Positions 1-7,696 of a stretch of DNA of 64,000 bases are shown piece by piece. Each line of letters starts with the position of its first letter. The stretch's first letter is position 1. The stretch lies in NCBI GenBank assembly GCA_963725115.1, contig CAVRXG010000003.1, positions 677,734 through 741,733 on the forward strand. The letters run 5' to 3'. The translations under genes were made by a program, and so were the position numbers. The notes under the pieces are model-generated. The model saw nothing but the letters and a program-made list of their open reading frames with translations. It searched no databases and was not told the DNA's origin. This DNA is from an uncultured Acidobacteriaceae bacterium (GTDB lineage: Bacteria; Acidobacteriota; Terriglobia; Terriglobales; Acidobacteriaceae).

Positions 1-345
1 GGAATCGGCCGGCCATCCGTAGACCAGCGCATTCACGTCGGGCGTGAGATCGATGAGATTGAAGACCAGCGGCGCAACCGCGGCCACTTCCGGCAGATCC
101 TTGATTTTCGCGCCGAGCGACTCATCAATAGAGCTGTTGAACATGCTCGATTGCAAGACGGCGATGTCGGTGCCGGAGCTTTGGTAGAGCCGCAGCCATT
201 CGTGTTCAAACGAGCGCGAAAATCCTACCAACGCCACAAATGCTCCAATACCCATCGTAATTCCGCATAGGGTCAGCAGCGTTCTGAGGCGCCGGCGCCG
301 GAGATTTTTCCAGGCGAATCCGGTGAACGAGAGCTGGGAGGCCAT
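1..345 (-). CDS. ABC transporter permease (MacB/FtsX-like), N-terminal part, runs off window
   Basis: Hand translation from ATG at 345: MASQLSFTGFAWKNLRRRRLRTLLTLCGITMGIGAFVALVGFSRSF..., the typical 'A.kNL.rr..RtlLT..Gi.iG' start of MacB-type permeases; open to the window edge. Confidence 0.85.
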   Translation of the reverse strand, partial: MASQLSFTGFAWKNLRRRRLRTLLTLCGITMGIGAFVALVGFSRSFEHEWLRLYQSSGTDIAVLQSSMFNSSIDESLGAKIKDLPEVAAVAPLVFNLIDLTPDVNALVYGWPADS

Positions 346-769
346 GGCTTTGGGAAGTTTCCTTATGTACACGGATTTGTGGGGGGTCCGTGAGGGCTAG
401 TTTATCCAGCGTTGAGACATCTGTCCAACTGCAATTGACTGTGCGCTCATGAGCCGAACATACCCAGTCATCTTCACTCAGCAGGCGCGTTGCCCGCTGG
501 TCAAAACAGATCATTCCGTTGACGACCTGTGTCAAAGCAGGACCCGTCTAAACGAACGCGGACGAACGATGGTGCATCGAGGAAGAGAGCGAAACGATTG
601 GCCAAAAAAGATCAGCATAGGACCGACGGCCCGGGCCAGATCGCTCGTGAGAAGACACTAATCCACTGGTGCCGGCATCCGCCTACGATGCCGCAACCGT
701 ACAGACACGAATCGGTCGTTGTCAGAGTAGTTTGCTCAACGGGAGAAACCGCAAGCGCTGGCCCCCGCT

Positions 770-1084
770 TTAGCGCCCGCGTCCGCCGCCGCCTCCGCTG
801 CCCTTGCGCGCCGTGTAGCAGTCCCGGCAATACACCGGACGGTCGCCACGCGGCTCAAAAGGAACGGTAGTTGGCTGGCCGCAACCCGAACAAATCACAG
901 GTGTTCCCTGTGAAGGAGCCGAACGGTAGCCGGATCCCCCTTGATCGGCCTTCTTTGCCTGGCGGCAAGGCTTGCAACGCTTTGGGGTCGAGTAACCGCG
1001 TTCCTGAAAAAACGTCTGATCGGCAGCGCTGAAGGTAAATTCCTGCCCGCAGTCGCTGCACGTAATTTGCATATCTCCGGCCAT
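770..1084 (-). CDS. Zinc-ribbon protein (zf-trcl-like plus CxxC-x17-CxxC domain) with Gly/Arg tail
   Basis: CSDCGQEFTFSAADQ.FF.ERG...PKRCKPC and CSGCG.PTTVPFEPRGDRPVYCRDC motifs. Confidence 0.9.
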   Translation of the reverse strand: MAGDMQITCSDCGQEFTFSAADQTFFQERGYSTPKRCKPCRQAKKADQGGSGYRSAPSQGTPVICSGCGQPTTVPFEPRGDRPVYCRDCYTARKGSGGGGGRGR

Positions 1085-1327
1085 AAGTCTCCTGTGAGGG
1101 GATTGTACAGCCCAATTGGTAAGTTTTTTGCAAGGATTCTTTTTGATCTCACAAAAATTATCTGCCGCCTCCTAAACAGCCCGGTGGACCCAGAAGGCCG
1201 ACCCGCCGCGCGAAGTGCATGGCCGCGAGGCCAAAACTTCCCAGGCCGGCCACGATATAGTTCTTTCCAGACGCTTTTCGGACGTCCGGATGCCGCCGGC
1301 CCGAATGCGCACTTGGCCCCAGGCAAG

Positions 1328-2008
1328 ATGAAGAACGCACCCAATCCGGAGGCCGAAGCGGACTGTATTCGCCGCATTCTGGCCGGCGAAAAGCAGCTTT
1401 TTCACGAGCTGATTCGCCCCTGCGAGCGCCCAATTTACTTCCTTTTGTTTTCGATTGTGCGCAATGAGGCGGAGGCCGAGGATGCGGCGCAGGAGACGGT
1501 GCTGAAGATCTACCGCAACCTGCACCTGTTTCGCGGCGAATCGCAGTTCCGCACCTGGGCGCTTTCCATTGCGCGGAATGAAGGTCTGGGCCGGCTGCGC
1601 AAGGCTGAATCGCGGCGCGAGGACTCGCTCGACGCGCTCAGTGACGACCAGGCCGGCGACTTTACGCCGGCCATCCTGACCAGTTGGCGCGAGGTTCCGA
1701 ATCTGGCTCTGGAGCAAAAAGAGCTTGCGGCCGTGTTGCGCCAGGCAATCGATGGGCTGCCGGAGATTTACCGTAACGTCGTGCTGCTCAGGGACATCGA
1801 AGAAATGGACGTGCGTGAGACTGCTGCGGCGCTCGGCATCACCGAGGGAGCAGTGAAGGTCCGCCTTCACCGCGCGCGGGCGCTTTTGCAGCGGAGCCTG
1901 GCGCCGCGGCTGAAGGGATTTGCACCAAAGCGCGGCGGATTGTTTGGGTGGGCCCAGAAGAGGCGAGACGAGACGGGGAAAGACAGTGAGGCAGAGGAGA
2001 AACGATGA
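1328..2008 (+). CDS. ECF RNA polymerase sigma factor (sigma-70 family)
   Basis: Region 2 (AEDAAQETVLKIYRNLHLFRGESQFRTWALSIARN) and region 4 (LPEIYRNVVLLRDIEEM...GAVKVRLHRAR); start taken at the internal Met 1328. Confidence 0.92.
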   Translation: MKNAPNPEAEADCIRRILAGEKQLFHELIRPCERPIYFLLFSIVRNEAEAEDAAQETVLKIYRNLHLFRGESQFRTWALSIARNEGLGRLRKAESRREDSLDALSDDQAGDFTPAILTSWREVPNLALEQKELAAVLRQAIDGLPEIYRNVVLLRDIEEMDVRETAAALGITEGAVKVRLHRARALLQRSLAPRLKGFAPKRGGLFGWAQKRRDETGKDSEAEEKR

Positions 2009-2043
2009 GGCAAAGCAAAGCAGAATGAGGCAAAGCGAAACAG

Positions 2044-2283
2044 ATGAGGATCGACTGCAAGCACGTCTGGGAGCACATCTCCGCCTACATCGACGGCGAG
2101 GTGGACGCGGAGCTGCGCGCCGAGATCGACAAGCATCTCGAAACCTGCGAGATCTGCTCGGCGGTCCTCGACTCGACGCGCAACGTCGTCGTGCTCTACG
2201 CGGACGAGCGCGTCTTCGAGTTGCCCGCAGGATTCAGCGAGCGCCTGCACGAGCGGCTGGAAAAGGAAATGCAAGCTCCTTAG
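2044..2283 (+). CDS. Zinc-binding anti-sigma factor (zf-HC2/ZAS), soluble
   Basis: C..V..HISAYIDGE...HLETCEIC (HxxxCxxC), directly after the ECF sigma gene; no TM segment. Confidence 0.9.
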   Translation: MRIDCKHVWEHISAYIDGEVDAELRAEIDKHLETCEICSAVLDSTRNVVVLYADERVFELPAGFSERLHERLEKEMQAP

Positions 2284-2294
2284 GAGGCGGGCAC

Positions 2295-2672
2295 ATGAGC
2301 CCAACTAACGGTGGAACTGTCCTCGAATCTCTTTTAGGAAAGAGACTTGACTCCGTGTGTTTTGTACTCGATTACATAACTTTCCAGTTTCGTGACCTCG
2401 GACTCGCGGCTCTTGCCAAGCCAGAGTTACTCAAGGGCCAAGACTTACTCACGGAGGGGCAGGCCGGGTATCGCGACGCCCTATGCGGTGAAATTCTGCA
2501 ACACGTGACTGGGACTTATGAAACAGCCGAGAGGATCGAAATTACTCTCTCCTCTGGTACTAAAATCTCCGTTCCTCTTAATGCCGATTTTCCTCCCGGC
2601 CCAGAGATGGCGACTCTTTCTGGAAATGGACGCTTTATAACTGCCTGGTTGCGCCCCTCGCCAACCTCCTGA
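2295..2672 (+). CDS. Hypothetical protein (125 aa)
   Basis: AGGAGG RBS at 2282-2287, ATG 2295, globular-looking sequence, more AT-rich codon usage than neighbours. Confidence 0.65.
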   Translation: MSPTNGGTVLESLLGKRLDSVCFVLDYITFQFRDLGLAALAKPELLKGQDLLTEGQAGYRDALCGEILQHVTGTYETAERIEITLSSGTKISVPLNADFPPGPEMATLSGNGRFITAWLRPSPTS

Positions 2673-2708
2673 CCGGAGGCGGTCTGACAGGTGCAATTTC
2701 AACCGAAA

Positions 2709-2769
2709 GGGCAAGGGCCTTCGGGCCCCTGAATAGCGGATCAATCAACGCGCGGCCTTCAGGTCCGGA
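2709..2769. repeat. REP-like palindromic element (GGGCC-TTCG/TTCA-GGCCC type)
   Basis: GGGCCTTCGGGCCCCTGAAT hairpin plus second GGCCTTCAGGTCC; related degenerate copies near 18205-18245 and 48391-48420. Confidence 0.5.
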
Positions 2770-2791
2770 GGCCTCGCTGACTCAGCAGGTC

Positions 2792-3202
2792 TCAGAACGC
2801 CGACGCTCCGTGATTCACAATCGGATGCGCATACATCTCGCAGCCAACCAGAATCAGCGTGGCGATCGCCATCGCCACTTGCAGCCGTTCTGACCAGCGC
2901 TGCTTCTTCGTGATCTCCTGCTTGCGCCACTGCGCTTCCGGCCGCGCGCGCAAATGCCACACCCACGCGAGCACGGCAAGATTGACCACAGCGCCAATCA
3001 CCGCAATCGACAACATGGGAATGCGAATCGCATCGCGGTGAAACGAGAGCAGCGGCGCGGCAATGCTGCTGGCGGCAAGGGCCGCAACGCCGATTCCCAC
3101 GCGAATGCCGTTAATCGTGAGAATCGCCGTGCACAAACTCTGCAGCAGCGCCAACACTACCGATGCGCCCGACACCGCCGCCAATCCTTTTGTGCTTTGC
3201 AA
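2792..3202 (-). CDS. Hypothetical membrane protein
   Basis: GGAGG RBS then TTG at 3202; several hydrophobic segments. Confidence 0.65.
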   Translation of the reverse strand: MQSTKGLAAVSGASVVLALLQSLCTAILTINGIRVGIGVAALAASSIAAPLLSFHRDAIRIPMLSIAVIGAVVNLAVLAWVWHLRARPEAQWRKQEITKKQRWSERLQVAMAIATLILVGCEMYAHPIVNHGASAF

Positions 3203-3457
3203 ACAACCTCCCGAATACGCAAGCGTGCAACTGGGCCCAATTTTTATAGGCTGCCGGGCCCGGCAACCCTGAGCGCGGCACCTCAGTCCGGCACATCGGT
3301 CCGGCACAGGGCTCAAACAGACTAGCGCACCGAGCGTGAGCCCGCCAACGGTTGCGCAGCAGCCAATGGAGCGCGGGCCAATCGACAATTTGATGACAAT
3401 TGCGCCAGCCAGGTTACGCCGGGAAATGATAAATTCATCCTGCCCGGTGGTTTTCGC

Positions 3458-3487
3458 TGTAACTTTTCGCCGCTGGGACACTCCAAG
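3458..3487 (+). promoter_or_regulatory. Possible ECF-sigma promoter for the RiPP operon
   Basis: TGTAACTTTT -35-like element about 130 bp upstream of the precursor ATG; -10 element not canonical. Confidence 0.3.
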
Positions 3488-3588
3488 GTTGCGTACCACT
3501 CATTCTGCGGGGTGGAGAAGTTGCCATCCTGCTTACCCCAATCCGCGGAGAACATCCGCCCCATCCCCAAAATGAGGTCAAAATCGCC

Positions 3589-3894
3589 ATGAAGAACCAG
3601 TTCAACGCAATGCTTCTCACTGCTGCCCTCGCCGGCCTGGCCGGCGGAAGCGCAGTCGCGGCCCATGCGGCCACGCAAACCTCCGCAACCGCAAACTCCG
3701 CCAAGGTCATGAAGGCTGGTTTGCGCTATAGCGGTTCGAACTTCGACACCGCCAAGCACTCCTGTAAAGGCAAGAATGACTGTAAAGGCCAGGGCGGCTG
3801 CAAGTCCGGCGACAACGGTTGCTCCGGCAAGAACAGCTGCAAAGGCAAGGGTGGATGCGCCACCGACGGCTCCAAGATGCCAGGCCTCGCCTAA
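3589..3894 (+). CDS. bufA: Secreted Cys-rich RiPP precursor, bufferin (BufA2-like) type
   Basis: Sec-type signal peptide (MKNQFNAMLLTAALAGLAGGSAVAAHA), then two CxGKNxCKGxGGC repeats (6 Cys); first gene before DUF692/DUF2063/DoxX. Confidence 0.85.
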   Translation: MKNQFNAMLLTAALAGLAGGSAVAAHAATQTSATANSAKVMKAGLRYSGSNFDTAKHSCKGKNDCKGQGGCKSGDNGCSGKNSCKGKGGCATDGSKMPGLA

Positions 3895-3901
3895 AAACAC
3901 C

Positions 3902-3991
3902 GATCAGTCGTCAGTGATCGGTGGTCGCGCCCGGCTCAGACGGTTTTCACGTCGTGCCTATGTGCAAGCCACTGCTCACTGACGACCGATC
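3902..3991 (+). promoter_or_regulatory. Long-loop inverted repeat between precursor and MNIO genes
   Basis: GATCAGTCGTCAGTGA (3902-3917) pairs with TCACTGACGACCGATC (3976-3991), 15/16 complementary. Confidence 0.6.
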
Positions 3992-4050
3992 TCTCCCACT
4001 AATTACCAACCTCTGCCGACTAACCACTACTCACTGACCACTGTCTCTCT

Positions 4051-4932
4051 ATGCCCGGCAATCGCTTCAATGCGTTTCAGGATCACGGCGTCGGCATCGG
4101 CCTGCGCATTCCTCACTACGCCCACATCTTTTCCCGCAAGCCGGTAGTCGACTGGTTTGAAATCATCTCTGAGAATTACATGATCGATGCCGGCCGTCCG
4201 CTGTCCACGCTCGATCGCATCCTGGAACAATACAGAGTCGTTCAGCACGGTGTGTCGATGTACTTCGGCTCGGTGACCGCGCCCGATCCGGAGCATCTGA
4301 AGCGCCTGAAGCAACTCGTGCGCCGCACCAAAACGCCTTGGCTCAGCGATCATCTCTGCTGGGGATCGGTCGACGGCACCTATACGCACGACTTGCTGCC
4401 GCTGCCCTACACATGGGAAGCCGTCGAGCGAACCGTGGAGCGTGTGCGCATGGTGCAGGATTATCTTGAGATTCCTGTCGCCGTCGAAAATGTAAGTTCA
4501 TACGCCGCCTTTACCGGCTCCGAAATGACGGAGTGGGAGTTTTTGACCGAAGTCGTCGAGCGCGCCGACTGCGGCATTCTCTTCGACGTGAATAACGTCT
4601 ACGTCTCGGCCATGAATCACGAGTTCAATCCGCTCGACTACGTGAACGCCATCCCCGCGCATCGCGTGGCGCAGATTCACATCGCCGGCCATTCAAAATA
4701 CGAAAAGTACATTCTCGATACGCACGACCATCCGGTCATCGATCCCGTGTGGCAGCTCTACGCGCGCGCCATCGAGCGTTGCGGGCCCACGCCCACGCTG
4801 CTCGAGTGGGACGACCATATTCCCAGCTTCGATGAGGTCCACAGGGAAGCGAAAAAAGCCCAGCGCTATCTCAAACCCGCGTTGAAGAATGTGCAGTCGT
4901 CTCCAGCCGAAGTAGTCGGAGCCGCGAAATGA
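4051..4932 (+). CDS. bufB: Multinuclear non-heme iron oxidative enzyme (MNIO, DUF692/UPF0276)
   Basis: GIGLR..H, WFEIISENY, HGVSM, WLSDHLCW, DLLPLP, VENVSSY, FDVNNVYVS..NH, QIHIAGH, LDTHD, LLEWD motifs. Confidence 0.96.
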   Translation: MPGNRFNAFQDHGVGIGLRIPHYAHIFSRKPVVDWFEIISENYMIDAGRPLSTLDRILEQYRVVQHGVSMYFGSVTAPDPEHLKRLKQLVRRTKTPWLSDHLCWGSVDGTYTHDLLPLPYTWEAVERTVERVRMVQDYLEIPVAVENVSSYAAFTGSEMTEWEFLTEVVERADCGILFDVNNVYVSAMNHEFNPLDYVNAIPAHRVAQIHIAGHSKYEKYILDTHDHPVIDPVWQLYARAIERCGPTPTLLEWDDHIPSFDEVHREAKKAQRYLKPALKNVQSSPAEVVGAAK

Positions 4933-5837
4933 GCGCCACGCCGAGCGCCCAGGTGCGCGGGAAAGAGATGGACCTGGCCTCGCTCCAGCGCGAAATGGCC
5001 GCCGCGGTAATGCAGCCGCTGACCAAAGACGAAAACATGCGCGCGACGGCCTCAGACGGGCGGCCGATGTCCGATGTCGCATCCTCGTTCATCGCGCCCA
5101 ACTCGCGCCTCACGGCTTTCGAGCGCCTCGAAATCTACAACCGGCAATATTGGTATCGCATACTCGGAGCTTTGGCCGAAGATTTTCCTGCGCTTCGCGC
5201 TCTGATTGGCGCGCGACGTTTTGATGCGCTCAGCATTGCCTATCTCACCGAGCATCCCAGCCGCTCGTTTACGCTGCGCAATCTCGGATCCAAACTTCCA
5301 GAGTGGCTGATTGACCATCCTGAATACGCCGGCCGCCGTCACCGCTTGGCCATCGATCTCGCCCGCATGGAGTGGGCGTTCGTTGAGGCCTTCGACGCAC
5401 CGGAGCGCGACCCGCTCACGCAGCGCCAGATCGCCGCACTGCAGGGCGACTCGAAGCTCGCATTGCAACCCTGCCTGCAACTGGTCGCGCTGAGCTACCC
5501 TGCCGACGACCTCGTGCTCGAGCTGCATCAACGTGAGAAGCGCCAGACCAGTGAAGCGGGAGTTGCGCATGAAGATGATTCAGCCGCCGCTGCAATTCCA
5601 TCTCTCAGGCCGCGGCCCACATGGCTTGCCGTCCATCGCGTCGACTTGTCCGTTTATTACCGGCGCATCGCGCGCGAAGAATTCCAAACTTTAGTCGCGC
5701 TTCGTGATGGTTCCGCGCTGGGCGAGGCACTCGAGGCCGGATTTGTAGGCTCGCGCATCCCCGGTCTTCATCGACCTGACCACGTGCAACAATGGTTTGG
5801 CAGTTGGGCCGAGTTGGGCTGGATATGTCAGGCCTGA
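4929..5837 (+). CDS. bufC: DUF2063 (HvfC/BufC-like) MNIO partner protein
   Basis: ATGA overlap with DUF692; ERLEIYNRQYWYRILGALAEDFPAL...YL..HPS.S..L..LG and DLARMEWA motifs. Confidence 0.9.
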   Translation: MSATPSAQVRGKEMDLASLQREMAAAVMQPLTKDENMRATASDGRPMSDVASSFIAPNSRLTAFERLEIYNRQYWYRILGALAEDFPALRALIGARRFDALSIAYLTEHPSRSFTLRNLGSKLPEWLIDHPEYAGRRHRLAIDLARMEWAFVEAFDAPERDPLTQRQIAALQGDSKLALQPCLQLVALSYPADDLVLELHQREKRQTSEAGVAHEDDSAAAAIPSLRPRPTWLAVHRVDLSVYYRRIAREEFQTLVALRDGSALGEALEAGFVGSRIPGLHRPDHVQQWFGSWAELGWICQA

Positions 5838-5912
5838 TCTGCGCGACTTGATTCGTGCAACTTGAAGCGCGCTGCCGCTTCCCCCGCCAACTCGCTCCAC
5901 GGAGGAATTTCT

Positions 5913-6440
5913 ATGTCCACTCTCGCAAGAACCGTCATCGTCGGATACGGCGGGATGCGAACGCTTCTCAGCAAGCTCAAGAGCCCGCTGCTGCTCGCCA
6001 TACGGCTCTACTGGGGATGGCAGTTCGCAACAGACGGCTGGGGCAAGCTGCACAACCTCAATCGCGTAGGCCTATACTTCGAATCACTCAATCTTCCAAT
6101 GCCCCATCAAACCGCTCTCTTTGTCTCCGCTCTCGAATTTGTCGGCGGAATTCTTCTCGCAGTTGGTCTGGGCACGCGCCTCATTGCGCTTCTGCTCTTC
6201 ATCAATATGACCGTCGCCTTCTGGGCTGCTGAAAAAGACGCATTCCTCGCCGTCATCTCCAACCCAGACAAGTTCCAGGGCGCCGACGCCTATAACTACT
6301 GGTTCGCCGCGCTGCTGATCATGGTTCTGGGTCCCGGCCTCTTCGCGCTCGATACACCGCTCGCCCTTCGCTTCTCCTCGCCGGCCAGAGTAGCGCACTC
6401 TGCGGTATCATCGATGAAATCAATTTTCAAACAAAGATAA
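5913..6440 (+). CDS. DoxX family membrane protein (BufD-like)
   Basis: GGAGG RBS; LLAIRLYWGWQF...GWGKL, EFVGGILLAVGLGTR, GPGLFALD motifs. Confidence 0.9.
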   Translation: MSTLARTVIVGYGGMRTLLSKLKSPLLLAIRLYWGWQFATDGWGKLHNLNRVGLYFESLNLPMPHQTALFVSALEFVGGILLAVGLGTRLIALLLFINMTVAFWAAEKDAFLAVISNPDKFQGADAYNYWFAALLIMVLGPGLFALDTPLALRFSSPARVAHSAVSSMKSIFKQR

Positions 6441-6484
6441 GCGGCACTCAGGCAAAGGCGAGTTTCAAGTAAGGTCGGGCCCCC

Positions 6485-7623
6485 ATGCGCATCGTCTACC
6501 TGCTCACGTCGCTCGGCGTGGGCGGGGCAGAAAAGCAGGCGCTGGCCGTCGCAGAGCGGATGGCCTCGCGCGGCCACACGGTTCAAATCATGGTGCTGAT
6601 GCCGCGCCTTGATGAAGAGTGGCCTACCGACCTTCACACCAATTACCTCGATGCGCGCAAATCGCCGCGCAGCGCGCTCCAAACTTTCTTGCGCGGACGC
6701 GCGTTTCTGAGCGAGTTCCGGCCGGATGTGGTGCACAGCCACTGTTTTCACGCGAACATCTTCGCCCGCCTGCTCCGTTTCTTCGGCCCGAAATTCGTCG
6801 TTCTATCCACAGTGCACAACGTATATGAGGGCGGGTGGGGCCGCATGATGGCCTATCGGCTTACCGACTTTCTCAGCGGCCGCACGGTCGCCGTGAGCCA
6901 GGCCGCCGCCGATCGCTTCACGCGCCTCAAAGCGATTCCACCGCGAAAATGCACGGTCATTTTGAATGGAATCGACGTCGGCGGATTTGCTCCCTCGACC
7001 GAGCGCGGCGAACGCAAATGCGCGCCGAGATGGGGATCGCGACCGGGAGCCCCACATTTATCTGGCTCGCCGTGGGCCGCCTCGCTCCGGCAAAGGACTA
7101 TCCGAATATGCTGCCTGCGTTTGCCGCCGCGGTGCGCGCGGAAAAATCGGACGCGCAGCTGTGGGTTGCCGGTGACGCGCGCGGCGATGAGAAAACGCCA
7201 CTCGAAACGCTCGCGAAAGATTTCGAAATCGACGCCGCTGTTCGCTGGCTCGGCTTGCGCCGCGACATGCCCGCATTGCTGGACGCGGCCGATGCATTCG
7301 TTTCCAGCTCAGCGTGGGAGGGGATGCCGCTCGCAGTCGGCGAAGCCATGTCGATGGCCAAGCCCGTGGTCGTCACCGATGTGGGCGGTGTACGCGAGAT
7401 GGTCGGAAATGCTGGCGTCGTCGTCCCGCCGAAAAATCCCCGTGCACTCGCCGAAGCGATGTTAGAGACCATGCAGCAGAGCAGGGAAGTGCTCGCCGCA
7501 AATGGCCAGGCTGCGCGAGAACGCATCTTGCGCCACTTCAGCATGGACGCAACCGCCGATACGTGGGAGGCATTGTACAAATCGCTGATCCAGAATCGCG
7601 AATCGCGAACCGCGCGATCGTGA
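6485..7623 (+). CDS. Glycosyltransferase family 4 (apparent frameshift near 7010)
   Basis: GGAEKQ N-terminal motif, PDVVHSH, AVGRL...KDY, FVSSSAWEGMPLAVGEAM; halves in ORFs 6485..7465 and 6835..7623. Confidence 0.9.
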
Positions 7624-7696
7624 AACAAAACGAATAGCGAAAAACTAGTGGCCAGAGGTTGGCCTTCTTGTTCTCTTGTTCCCTCGCTCCCTGCTT

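Noticed and set aside
3589-3894. Selenocysteine-containing precursor variant
   Set aside because: All six Cys are TGT/TGC and the ORF ends in TAA; no in-frame TGA.
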